A DNA stretch of 64,000 bases from Actinomycetota bacterium (GTDB lineage Bacteria; Actinomycetota; Humimicrobiia; Humimicrobiales; Humimicrobiaceae). The notes below the pieces were generated by a model that made no database searches, was not told the DNA's origin, and saw only the letters and a program-made list of their open reading frames with translations. Of the stretch, positions 1-9,461 are shown one piece after another (positions within the stretch are counted from its first letter, which is position 1; each line of letters begins with the position of its first letter). A program made the translations under genes and the position numbers. Location of the stretch: contig JAQUOE010000005.1 in the NCBI GenBank assembly GCA_028717265.1, forward strand, positions 4,190 through 68,189. Reading direction: 5' to 3'.

Positions 1-391
1 GCCTTTATCTATCATCATGGGAGATTCAAATGGTTTAAAACTGATAAATGATACGTTTGGCCATGCAGAGGGTGACAAGTTGTTGCAAAAAACTGCAGAG
101 GTATTGAAAAATTGCACCAGAAAAGAAGATATCGTTGCCAGATGGGGAGGAGATGAGTTTTTGATACTTTTACCCAGGACAACGAAAGAAAAAACTGTTA
201 TACTTGTTAAAAGAATCAAGGGAAAATGCATTAAAGCAAATACGAAAAAAATACCAGTAAACATATCTCTTGGTGTAGCAGTTAAAGAAAAAACCACCCG
301 GAAGATAGAGAACGTAATAAAAGAAGCTGAAGATGATATGTACAAAAATAAAATTAATGATAAAAAAGATAATATTCCTTTATCATATTAA
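1..391 (+). CDS. GGDEF-domain diguanylate cyclase, C-terminal part (5' end lies outside window)
   Basis: Translation carries the RWGGDEFLILLP signature and GGDEF-domain flanks. The ORF is open to the window edge. Confidence 0.75.
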   Translation, partial: PLSIIMGDSNGLKLINDTFGHAEGDKLLQKTAEVLKNCTRKEDIVARWGGDEFLILLPRTTKEKTVILVKRIKGKCIKANTKKIPVNISLGVAVKEKTTRKIENVIKEAEDDMYKNKINDKKDNIPLSY

Positions 392-741
392 GATTCACTA
401 ATTTACTATCTCTATTAAAAAGAAGAGGCTTATTTAGGCTTATTTTTATTGAATCTTTTAAATCACTCGTCGTTTTATTTAATTTTCTGAATTTAGCATA
501 ATATGAATATAAGAATGACCTGGAATTATTATGATGGTAAAATATTATTAAGGGCAATGGGGGAACATGACTGGACCATTAAGAATCCTTAAATAGATAT
601 AAAAGATTCACAATTTATTCGGGTTTCTTTAATACTCGATTTTTTTATATAATTTAAAGCTTAATTTGCCAAATTTCAGGGAATATGGGAACATAAAATC
701 ATTAAGTTAAAAATAATTTTTGAACAAAATGGAGGTGTTAA

Positions 742-1194
742 ATGAAAACTCTGGTAGTATATGATTCTGTCTATGGGAATACGGAAAAGATTGCAAAATC
801 TATTGGAGAGGCTATCGGGGAAGACGTCAAAGTTCTTAGCACGGGTGCAGTTTCTTCTTCGGATCTGGAGTCGGTAGATCTTCTTATAGCGGGCTCTCCG
901 ACTTATGGCGGCAGACCGACACCCGGAATGCAGAATTTCCTGAACAATATCGTTGCCGGGTCTTCTCTTAAGGGTGTTAGCGTGGCTGCTTTCGATACCA
1001 GATCAACTGCAAATTGGGTAAAAATATTCGGTTTTGCTTCAGGTAGAATTGCAGGCAACCTTAAAGCAAAGGGCGGTACTCTTATTCTTACTCCCGAAGG
1101 TTTCTTTGTCACGGATACAAAAGGTCCGCTGAAAGAAGGAGAACTGGAACGAGCAGCAAGCTGGGCAAAAGAGATTGTCAGCAATAAAAAATAG
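742..1194 (+). CDS. flavodoxin-family protein
   Basis: N-terminus MKTLVVYDSVYGNTEKIAKSIGEAIG is a typical flavodoxin FMN-binding loop. 150 aa. RBS ggaggtg upstream. Confidence 0.7.
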   Translation: MKTLVVYDSVYGNTEKIAKSIGEAIGEDVKVLSTGAVSSSDLESVDLLIAGSPTYGGRPTPGMQNFLNNIVAGSSLKGVSVAAFDTRSTANWVKIFGFASGRIAGNLKAKGGTLILTPEGFFVTDTKGPLKEGELERAASWAKEIVSNKK

Positions 1195-1284
1195 TTTCAT
1201 AGGTAAAATATAGCCGGTTTATCCGGTTATAAGAATTACCTCAAAAAGAATGGTTATCATTGGGAAAAGAAAGTGCCTGAGTTA

Positions 1285-1563
1285 TTATTCTTTTATTTCT
1301 TTTTCTTCAGATTCGGTGATCATTTCGATATCTTCTACATTCAGGAATACGACTTCGTTCTTTCCGCTAATAGTCAGGTCATTTTTTGACCCACTATTTA
1401 AAGGATAAACTTCAGTATCTGTTACTGCTATGAACTTTTTATTTTGTGAATTTAAATAATCCAGGATTCTGCTGCCCGATATTATATGAATATAACCTAT
1501 TATTACCGAAGAAATGGTTTTTATCTTAACATATGTTTTTTCTTTGGGTACTCTTAAAGTCAT
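1285..1563 (-). CDS. hypothetical small protein (possible PRC-barrel-like)
   Basis: 92-aa ORF in an otherwise empty gap. No recognisable motif beyond a beta-rich composition. Confidence 0.3.
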   Translation of the reverse strand: MTLRVPKEKTYVKIKTISSVIIGYIHIISGSRILDYLNSQNKKFIAVTDTEVYPLNSGSKNDLTISGKNEVVFLNVEDIEMITESEEKEIKE

Positions 1564-1808
1564 ATTACCTGTCGCCGCTGTTAAATCAATAATATGATAT
1601 TAATTTTATACCATATCTGAGCTTATTGCAGTAAGTTTTATAACACCTGTAATAAAAAAGTCAGTCTGCTCTCCTGAAAGATTCCAATTAAAATATAAGA
1701 ATATTTATTATAATTGTATAATATTTTACATCATATGTTATTTTATGATATATTTATTAAAATTAATCATTATTTCTTTTAATAATTTGTTTAATAATTA
1801 TAGTTTGG

Positions 1809-3071
1809 ATGATGGGAAAAAGAAAAATAAAGAAAACAGATATAAGTGGATCCGTGATACTGAATGCTCTTATGGAATATATTCCGGATAGCATATTTTT
1901 TAAAGATTTGGACAGCAGATTTTTTCGGATCAACAGAGCATGTGCCGAAAAATTTGGAGTAAAGAATCCGGAAGAAGCAAAGAGAAAAACTGATTTTGAT
2001 TTTTTCAGTGAAGAGCATGCAAAACAGGCATATGAAGATGAACAGAATATAATAAAAACAGGTAAACCAATAGTAGGTTTCGAGGAAAAAGAGACTTTTG
2101 AAGATAAAGAGGATAAGTGGACCTACACGACAAAAATGCCCCTTTACAATAAGGAACGTAAAATAATAGGCACTTTTGGAATCACCAGTGATATAACCGA
2201 TAGGAAGAAATCGGAAGAAGCACTCAAAGAAAGCAGATCCAAAACAGAAGCAATACTTCATTGTACTGCAGACGGTCTTTATGCAACGGATAAAAAGGGT
2301 AAGGTTCTGATGTATAATAAAAAGTTTCTTGAGTTATGGGAAATTCCAAAGAAACTTATTGATATGGATTCGGATGAGATATTGCTGGATTTTGTTTCCG
2401 ATCAGCTTATAGAACCTCAAGTCTTTATGAAAAAAGTCTATAAACTTAATAGATCAAATAAAGAAAGCACCGATATCATCCACTTTAAAAATGGAAAAAT
2501 TTTTGAGCGTTACTCCTGCCCCCTGAAGCAGGATGGCGAGATTATCGGAAGGGTATGGGACTTCAGAGATATAACGGAGCAAAAAAAAGCAGAGGAAAAA
2601 ATCTGGTACCTGTCCTGTCACGACAAATTGACCGATCTTTATAATCGTGCTTATTTCGAAGAAGAGTTGAAAAGACTTGATACCGGGCGACAGCTTCCTT
2701 TAAGTGTTATCTTTTGTGATGTTAATGGACTCAAAGAAATGAACGATAATCATGGTTACGATAAGGGAGATCAGCTGCTCTGCAAAGTTGCGGATATTTT
2801 AAGAGGCAGTTTCAGAACCGAAGATATAGTTGCAAGGTGGGGAGGCGATGAGTTCATAATCGTACTTCCAAATACGGATAAAAAGATTGTAGATGATATA
2901 ATAGACAGAATATGTGAAGATTGTAAACTTTCAAACGAATTTGACTTTCCTATAAGTGTTTCCTTCGGAAAAGCTATAAAAAATAAAAAATCGCAGGATA
3001 TCGATTTGATCATAAGCCAGGCCGAAAAAAGAATGATTATGAATAAAAGAGCCATGAAGGCTGCGGTTTAA
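1809..3071 (+). CDS. PAS-domain sensor diguanylate cyclase (PAS-GGDEF)
   Basis: N-terminal PAS-like region followed by a C-terminal GGDEF domain (RWGGDEFIIVLP). 420 aa. Confidence 0.8.
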   Translation: MMGKRKIKKTDISGSVILNALMEYIPDSIFFKDLDSRFFRINRACAEKFGVKNPEEAKRKTDFDFFSEEHAKQAYEDEQNIIKTGKPIVGFEEKETFEDKEDKWTYTTKMPLYNKERKIIGTFGITSDITDRKKSEEALKESRSKTEAILHCTADGLYATDKKGKVLMYNKKFLELWEIPKKLIDMDSDEILLDFVSDQLIEPQVFMKKVYKLNRSNKESTDIIHFKNGKIFERYSCPLKQDGEIIGRVWDFRDITEQKKAEEKIWYLSCHDKLTDLYNRAYFEEELKRLDTGRQLPLSVIFCDVNGLKEMNDNHGYDKGDQLLCKVADILRGSFRTEDIVARWGGDEFIIVLPNTDKKIVDDIIDRICEDCKLSNEFDFPISVSFGKAIKNKKSQDIDLIISQAEKRMIMNKRAMKAAV

Positions 3072-3727
3072 GTATAAGTCAGAATCTTTTCTATTTTTTT
3101 AAATATCGTTTTAAAATCTTTTGTCTTTGAGTAGTATCTGTAATTCTTTTCAAAATCAAGCAGGATTTTTGACAGCAGATTTTCTCTTTTTATATCTTTT
3201 CCAATTATGATTTTGATGGATGTCGATTCTTTGACGACAGGCGCGATGTCTGTTGTATCAAGGTTTACATTAATCCCGATTCCTATTATTAAAAAGACAT
3301 TGTCATCTACTTTTTCAACTTCTGCAAGTATTCCACCTAATTTCGATTTCCCGCAGTATATGTCATTGGGCCATTTGATGATTGCATCGATGCCGTACCC
3401 TGCTTTTAGAACCGCTGTAACAGAATAAGCGGCGATGAGAACCACTTCGGGAAGTTCTTTTTCTTTAAGGGTCGTACGAAGTATTAAAGTGAACCACAGG
3501 CCCCCGGAAGGTGAGAGCCAGTTTCTTTCTAATCTACCCCTGCCTTTTTCCTGAGTTTCGGCAAGTATGACGGTCCCGTCGGGATTTTCATTTTCTTCTT
3601 TTCTATTTTTTATAAGCCGTAAAGCAAAATTGTTTGTTGAATCTACTTTTTTCAGGTAAATGATATTTTTTCCGATATAAGCAGTTTCAAGATATTTATT
3701 ATATCGGCTCAAATTAAAATTTATCAT
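3068..3727 (-). CDS. birA: biotin--[acetyl-CoA-carboxylase] ligase (group I, no HTH)
   Basis: GRGRLERNWLSPSGGLWFTLIL matches the BPL catalytic GRGRxGRxWxSPxGGLxFS motif. 219 aa, so too short for a DNA-binding domain. Confidence 0.8.
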   Translation of the reverse strand: MINFNLSRYNKYLETAYIGKNIIYLKKVDSTNNFALRLIKNRKEENENPDGTVILAETQEKGRGRLERNWLSPSGGLWFTLILRTTLKEKELPEVVLIAAYSVTAVLKAGYGIDAIIKWPNDIYCGKSKLGGILAEVEKVDDNVFLIIGIGINVNLDTTDIAPVVKESTSIKIIIGKDIKRENLLSKILLDFEKNYRYYSKTKDFKTIFKKIEKILTYT

Positions 3728-3746
3728 TTAGTGTTTCAGTGCGGAT

Positions 3747-3947
3747 CTAATCAACCCATTTTACATTGCTGAATTTATATTTTGTGGCAATTAGAATAAT
3801 ATCGACGAGCCACCATACACCAAAACCGCCAAAGGTTATGAGTTTTAAAATACCCAGTCCGACATGGCCCATAATGAACCTATCCACACCGAGTTGGCCA
3901 AAAACAATAGACATTACAAGCGCGAGGACCCAATTGACTTCTTTCAA
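3747..3947 (-). CDS. TM2-domain small membrane protein
   Basis: 66 aa with two TM helices. GHVGLGILKLITFGGFGVWWLVDII resembles the TM2 domain consensus. Confidence 0.55.
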   Translation of the reverse strand: MKEVNWVLALVMSIVFGQLGVDRFIMGHVGLGILKLITFGGFGVWWLVDIILIATKYKFSNVKWVD

Positions 3948-4193
3948 TTTTGCTCCTTTTTAAGATATTAAATAATAATGACTTATATTATATACAAAAA
4001 TAAAAAATAAATAATAAGAAAAACAGATTGTCTGATTACCTCTGATTGATGTCCGGTGTGAAACCATAAAAATATACCTGCGTCTATCTAAAAAGCCGTA
4101 AGGATTTATTTTGTATTCATCGGTAATATTTTTCCCATATGAGGAAAATGTCTTATTTTAAGAGAAATAATTTTTTGGAGGATATAAATTATA

Positions 4194-4619
4194 ATGGAAA
4201 TGAGCAGAAAAGATATCGAAAGCATTATTCCCCATAGAGATCCCTTTCTTTTACTGGATAAGATCGTAAAAATCGATTACGGAAAAAGAATCAAGGCCGT
4301 AAAATACGTAAAGAAGGATGAGCCTTATTTTAAGGGGCATTTTCCCGGTAGTCCCATCATGCCGGGAGTTCTCATTGTTGAAACTATTGCCCAGGCAGGA
4401 GCGGTACTTATGCTGATGATGCCTGAAAATAAAGGTAAGCTGGTGTTATTTGCCGGTATAGATAGAGCCAGATTCAAAAGGATAGTAAAGCCCGGAGATG
4501 AACTTACGATAGAACTCGAACTCAAAAATTCCAGGAGAAATATTGGGCGTGCGATAGGCAAGGCATTGGTGGGAAATGATGTTGTCTGCATCGCGGAGAT
4601 TTTGTTTGCCCTGTCATAG
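4194..4619 (+). CDS. fabZ: 3-hydroxyacyl-ACP dehydratase FabZ
   Basis: HRDPFLLLDKIV...GHFPGSPIMPGVLIVE hot-dog fold with the catalytic His. 141 aa. Confidence 0.9.
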   Translation: MEMSRKDIESIIPHRDPFLLLDKIVKIDYGKRIKAVKYVKKDEPYFKGHFPGSPIMPGVLIVETIAQAGAVLMLMMPENKGKLVLFAGIDRARFKRIVKPGDELTIELELKNSRRNIGRAIGKALVGNDVVCIAEILFALS

Positions 4620-4628
4620 AAAGGTTTT

Positions 4629-5639
4629 TTGTTGAAGAGTAAAAAAGAAGATTCCGGAGTTTTAAAAAATATTGCTCTTATGTTTCCCGGTCAGGGATCA
4701 CAATATACCGGTATGGGCAGTGAATTTTTGGGTACCGGTTACAACTGCAGGAGATATTTCGATATTTCGAGCGAAATTGCAGGGAAAGATCTATTAAAAA
4801 TAATTCAGGGCAGAGACGAAGATAATTCACTTGATGATACACGGTTCAGTCAGATTTCTATATATAGCCTGAGCTGCGCTTTGAATGATTATATTTTAAA
4901 TAATCTTTCCATAAAGAGAGAATATATACATACGGTTCTGGGTCACAGCCTGGGGGAATACAGTGCGCTTTACAGCAGCGGTGCCTATGATTTCAAACAG
5001 GGAGCGGCACTTGTGGGGTACCGTGGTATGATTATGAGTGAGGCTAACCGGGATGAAAAAGGAATGATGGCCGCTGTTCTTGGATCGGAGCCGAATGTGA
5101 TCAAAGATGTTCTTAAAAATTTTGCTGGCAGGGTGTTTATCGCAAATTATAACGACTGCTCGCAGATAGTGATAAGCGGATATGAAGGTTCAGTGAAGAA
5201 AGCAATGGAGGAGCTGAAATCAAGAGGTGCCAAAAAAATAATACCCCTTAAAGTGGGTATTGCTTCGCACTCTCCTTTAATGAAACGGGTTTCCGATGAA
5301 CTTGGCAGGTACATCGAACAAAATATCGATTTTATAGATATGAAATTTCCTTTCTTTTCCACAACCGAGATCACTTATCGTACCAGGGATGATATAGGAA
5401 GGACTCTAACGGGTCAGCTTGTCGGTCCGATAAGATGGATTGACAGTATCGAGTATCTGCTGGAAAATGGAACCGACATATTTATAGAAGTAGGGCCCGG
5501 ATCAGTTTTATCCGGATTGGTAGGAAGGATCGCTAAGAGAAACGGCAGGACCGTTACTATACTTAAAACTGACCGGATGGAGGATATAGAAAATTTAAAA
5601 ATTGTATTAGAAAAGGATGGAATTATAAATGAGGCTTGA
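4629..5639 (+). CDS. fabD: malonyl-CoA:ACP transacylase FabD
   Basis: FPGQGSQYTGMG and GHSLGEYSAL active-site motifs. Possible alternative start at the M of ...ALMFPGQG. Confidence 0.9.
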   Translation: MLKSKKEDSGVLKNIALMFPGQGSQYTGMGSEFLGTGYNCRRYFDISSEIAGKDLLKIIQGRDEDNSLDDTRFSQISIYSLSCALNDYILNNLSIKREYIHTVLGHSLGEYSALYSSGAYDFKQGAALVGYRGMIMSEANRDEKGMMAAVLGSEPNVIKDVLKNFAGRVFIANYNDCSQIVISGYEGSVKKAMEELKSRGAKKIIPLKVGIASHSPLMKRVSDELGRYIEQNIDFIDMKFPFFSTTEITYRTRDDIGRTLTGQLVGPIRWIDSIEYLLENGTDIFIEVGPGSVLSGLVGRIAKRNGRTVTILKTDRMEDIENLKIVLEKDGIINEA

Positions 5640-6375
5640 TGATAGAGTGGCCATCGTAACCGGAGGTGCCAGAGGTATTGGAAAGAAGATCTGTGAGACT
5701 TTTTTAAAAGAAGGCGCATCCGTATATATTTTCGATATCAATCCTGAGGAAGGAACGGGAGCGGTAAACGAGCTCAATTCTGCTTATAAAAACGGAAGAG
5801 TATTTTTTTTCGAGGTGGATATAACCAATGAGAAAAACGTCGAGCAGGCAATCAAAAAAGTTATAGAAGCTGAAAGCAAGATAGATATTCTGGTCAATAA
5901 TGCCGGAATCACCAGGGACAATCTTATACTGAGGATGAGTCTTGAAGATTGGCAAAAAGTTATAGATATAAACCTTACCGGGGCTTTTATATGCTCCAGG
6001 CATACGGTTAGATTTATGATAAAGAACAGAAGCGGGAAAATAATAAATATTTCGTCGATAGTAGGAGTTCATGGTAATGCGGGTCAGAGTAATTACTCCT
6101 CATCAAAGGCAGGAATAATAGGCCTTACAAAGACCCTTGCCAGAGAACTTGCCAGTAGAAACATTCTGGTAAATGCCATTGCACCGGGTTATATTGAAAC
6201 GGAGATGACAGAAAAACTCGGTGACAGTATAAAGCAAAAGCTAATAGAGCAGATTCCTACGGGGAGGCTGGGAAGTGTGGATGATGTTGCGAAGACAGCG
6301 CTGTTTCTGGCAGGCGATGATTCCAATTATATAACCGGCACCGTGATAAATCTGGACGGTGGGATGGGTATTTAA
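5629..6375 (+). CDS. fabG: 3-oxoacyl-ACP reductase FabG (SDR)
   Basis: TGGARGIGK Rossmann motif, NNAGI, YSSSKAG catalytic Tyr/Lys. Overlaps the fabD stop. Confidence 0.9.
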   Translation: MRLDDRVAIVTGGARGIGKKICETFLKEGASVYIFDINPEEGTGAVNELNSAYKNGRVFFFEVDITNEKNVEQAIKKVIEAESKIDILVNNAGITRDNLILRMSLEDWQKVIDINLTGAFICSRHTVRFMIKNRSGKIINISSIVGVHGNAGQSNYSSSKAGIIGLTKTLARELASRNILVNAIAPGYIETEMTEKLGDSIKQKLIEQIPTGRLGSVDDVAKTALFLAGDDSNYITGTVINLDGGMGI

Positions 6376-6423
6376 CCGGTAGAAATTATTATTAAAATTT
6401 TAGACTGAGAAAAGGATTTATAA

Positions 6424-7677
6424 GTGATAAAAGAGACTAAGAATAAAAGGGTTGTAGTGACTGGATTGGGAGTAATGTCGGCACTGGGGCTGGAAATCGA
6501 AAAGTTCTGGAGTAATCTGATTTCAGGAAAATCGGGTGTCTCAAGGATTGACCGATTCGATGTCGAAAAGATTGCTTCTAAAATTGCCGCACAAATAAAG
6601 GATTTCGAGTCGGAAAACTATATGGATCTCAAGCTGGCAAAAAGGATGGATAGATTTGCACAGTTTGGGGTTGCTACGGCTCAGAATGCCTTAGTTGACA
6701 GCGGTCTTAAGATCGATTCTTCAAATGAAAATGAAATTGGAGTTTATATCGGAAGCGGAGTGGGCGGACTTGCAACTCTGGAGCAGCAGTATGAGAGATT
6801 GCTCCATAAGGGTGCCGATAAGGTAAGTCCTTTTATTATTCCCATGATGATTTCCAATATGGCAGCGGCTCAGGTATCCATTATGAGTGGAGCCAGAGGA
6901 CCGGTGAGTACAACAACCACTGCATGTGCCGCAGGATCCAATTCAATCGGAGATGCATTCGAAATGATAAAAAGGGGAATTGCGGATGTCATGATTGCAG
7001 GGGGGGCCGAAGCAGCCATTACTCCTCTGGGGATGGCAGGATTTTCCAATATGCAGGCTCTTTCGAGAAGAAATGACGAACCGGAAAAGGCATCCAGGCC
7101 TTTTGACAGGGATAGGGATGGATTTGTAATGGGCGAAGGCAGTGGCATATTGATACTGGAAGAATTGAACCATGCTCTAAGAAGGGATGCAAGAATATAC
7201 TGTGAGATTTTTGGCTACGGTCTTTCCGGAGAGGCTTATCATATAACTGCTCTTGAAGAGTCAGGCGTGAATGTGGCCAGGTGCATGAAAAACTGTCTGG
7301 ACGAGGGTGGTATCGGACTTGAAGAAGTGGACCATATCAATGCCCATGGGACCTCGACCCTGCCAAATGATGTTATAGAAACCGCTGCCATCAAAAGGTG
7401 TTTTGGCGGGCATGCCTATAACATAAACATAAACTCGACTAAATCCATGGTCGGCCACTGCCTGGGAGCTTCAGGTGCCATTGAAGCAGTAGCCAGCGTG
7501 TTGGCCATAAGGGACAATATTATTCCTCCCACTATCAATCTCGATAACCCGGATGAAAAGTGCGATTTGAATTATACGGCAAAGGTCAGCCAGAGGAGAG
7601 AGGTCAATGTTGCCCTTTCCAATTCTATGGGTTTTGGCGGTCATAATGTAACCCTGGGTTTTAAAAGATATATGTAA
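6424..7677 (+). CDS. fabF: 3-oxoacyl-ACP synthase II FabF
   Basis: KAS fold with the active-site Cys in TACAAGSNSIG and the HAHGTST / GHCLGASG His-His motifs. GTG start. Confidence 0.9.
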   Translation: MIKETKNKRVVVTGLGVMSALGLEIEKFWSNLISGKSGVSRIDRFDVEKIASKIAAQIKDFESENYMDLKLAKRMDRFAQFGVATAQNALVDSGLKIDSSNENEIGVYIGSGVGGLATLEQQYERLLHKGADKVSPFIIPMMISNMAAAQVSIMSGARGPVSTTTTACAAGSNSIGDAFEMIKRGIADVMIAGGAEAAITPLGMAGFSNMQALSRRNDEPEKASRPFDRDRDGFVMGEGSGILILEELNHALRRDARIYCEIFGYGLSGEAYHITALEESGVNVARCMKNCLDEGGIGLEEVDHINAHGTSTLPNDVIETAAIKRCFGGHAYNININSTKSMVGHCLGASGAIEAVASVLAIRDNIIPPTINLDNPDEKCDLNYTAKVSQRREVNVALSNSMGFGGHNVTLGFKRYM

Positions 7678-7690
7678 CAGGAAAAAATAA

Positions 7691-8467
7691 ATGGAAAAGA
7701 ATAAATGTAAGAATTGTAATAAAGAAATAGAAAATGAGATTTTCGTTTTAAATCTCTGGGTGTGCCCATATTGCAACTATCATCATACTATAGATGCAAG
7801 AGACAGGCTGCAGATCACAGCAGACAGTAATAGTTTTAACGAACTGGGTAAAAATATAAGTTCTGTTGATTTTTTGAACTTTTATGATATAAAGTCCTAC
7901 GGTGAGAGGCTTAAAGAGACCAGACTAAAAGCCAGTCTGGATGATGCAATTATAGTAGGAGATGCGCAAATAGAAGGAAATGATGTGGCGCTGGGCATAA
8001 TGGATTTCGGTTTTATGGGAGGAAGCATGGGGAGTGTGGTAGGAGAGAAGATAAAGATATTATCGAATTACAGTATCGGAAAAAACATCCCTCTCGTCAT
8101 ATTCTGTACATCGGGAGGAGCAAGGATGCAGGAAGGTACGATATCCCTGATGCAAATGGCAAAGACGGTATCCAGTATCGGCAGAGTAAAAGAAAACAGG
8201 ATTCCTTATATAACGGTAATAACAAATCCTACTTCAGGAGGGGTCAGTGCAAGCTTTGCCACTATAGCTGACATTATTATAGCTGAACCGCATGCACTCT
8301 TTTGTTTTGCCGGACCCAGGGTCATAAAACAAACCATAAAAAAGAATCCGCCTCCGGATTTCGGAAGCGCGGAGAGAAATTTAAAAAACGGCCAGGTCGA
8401 TATGATTGTAAACAGAGGTGACCTTAAGGACACGCTGGCCAATCTATTAAGGTTATTCAGAGGTTGA
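7691..8467 (+). CDS. accD: acetyl-CoA carboxylase carboxyltransferase beta subunit
   Basis: N-terminal CxxC...CxxC zinc ribbon (CKNCNK...CPYCNYH) followed by a crotonase-like CT domain. Confidence 0.9.
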   Translation: MEKNKCKNCNKEIENEIFVLNLWVCPYCNYHHTIDARDRLQITADSNSFNELGKNISSVDFLNFYDIKSYGERLKETRLKASLDDAIIVGDAQIEGNDVALGIMDFGFMGGSMGSVVGEKIKILSNYSIGKNIPLVIFCTSGGARMQEGTISLMQMAKTVSSIGRVKENRIPYITVITNPTSGGVSASFATIADIIIAEPHALFCFAGPRVIKQTIKKNPPPDFGSAERNLKNGQVDMIVNRGDLKDTLANLLRLFRG

Positions 8468-8468
8468 T

Positions 8469-9443
8469 ATGGATCTAAAAAAACTGGAAGAAATTCCAAA
8501 GAATTATCTTAAAGAGATTTTAGGGTCATTGTCCAAACTTGAAAAATTAAAAAAGATACCCTTCTTTACGGGTATCCATTTTAAAGATGCCGAAAGAGCT
8601 CTTGAACGGAAAATTGAAACTTATAAAAGTGTAGAAAGGGACGCCAGAAGAGTCTGGAAGATTGTAGAACTTTCAAGGAATGATAACAGACCCCAGTGCC
8701 GGGATTATATAAAAGGTATATTCGAAGATTTTGTGGACCTTTCAGGTGACAGGCTTACCGGTGAAGATAAATCCATTATTGCAGGTCTGGGCAAAATCAA
8801 CGGGAGGACCGTTGCCGCTATCGGGCACAATAAAGGCAAGGATATAAAGGAGAGGATGATATATAACTTCGGTATGGGCATTCCTCAGGGATATAGGAAA
8901 TCTCAGAGGATCATGGAACTTGCCGATAGATTCGGGTTCCCCATAGTGACGTTTATAGATACGCCCGGAGCATATCCTGCAATTGAAGCTGAAGATGACG
9001 GGCAGGCCGGTGCCATTGCGAAAAGTATTTCCGTGATGTTTAAAGTTAAGGTCCCCATAATAGTCGTCCTTGTAGGTGAGGGTGGAAGCGGCGGAGCACT
9101 TGCACTTGCTATTGGAAATGAAGTGGCAATGCTCGAAAATTCAACCTATTCGGTTATTTCACCCGAAGGGTGTGCCGCAATCCTCTGGAAGAATCCATCC
9201 GGTACCAAGCTGGCCGCAAGGGAATTAAGATTGACTTCCGGAGATTTGTTAAAATTAAAGATAATAGATAGAGTTATTCCCGAACCACTGGGCGGAGCTC
9301 AAAATGCGCCGGAAAGAATGGTAAAAATTGTAAAAAGATATGTCACCGGTGCACTTGAAAGATATGTCCGTATTTCAGGAGATGAGTTAAAGTCCGCAAA
9401 AGCCAGTAAATTCGAATCAATGGGATTTTTCAATAAAGAATGA
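8469..9443 (+). CDS. accA: acetyl-CoA carboxylase carboxyltransferase alpha subunit
   Basis: FIDTPGAYPAIEAEDDGQAGAIAKS and GEGGSGGALA motifs. Start overlaps the accD stop. Confidence 0.9.
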   Translation: MDLKKLEEIPKNYLKEILGSLSKLEKLKKIPFFTGIHFKDAERALERKIETYKSVERDARRVWKIVELSRNDNRPQCRDYIKGIFEDFVDLSGDRLTGEDKSIIAGLGKINGRTVAAIGHNKGKDIKERMIYNFGMGIPQGYRKSQRIMELADRFGFPIVTFIDTPGAYPAIEAEDDGQAGAIAKSISVMFKVKVPIIVVLVGEGGSGGALALAIGNEVAMLENSTYSVISPEGCAAILWKNPSGTKLAARELRLTSGDLLKLKIIDRVIPEPLGGAQNAPERMVKIVKRYVTGALERYVRISGDELKSAKASKFESMGFFNKE

Positions 9444-9461
9444 AAAGCTTTTCACTGATGA

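Noticed and set aside
903-1184. Antisense ORFs fully embedded in confident genes (e.g. 903..1184 -, 1791..2261 -, 4325..4591 -, 6870..7173 -, 12925..13503 -, 27557..28204 -, 30958..31413 -, 34876..35331 -, 44497..44937 -)
   Set aside because: Each lies entirely inside a well-supported CDS on the other strand and has low-complexity or Ser/Pro/Phe-rich composition with no motif. These are shadow ORFs typical of the AT-rich frame opposite a real gene.
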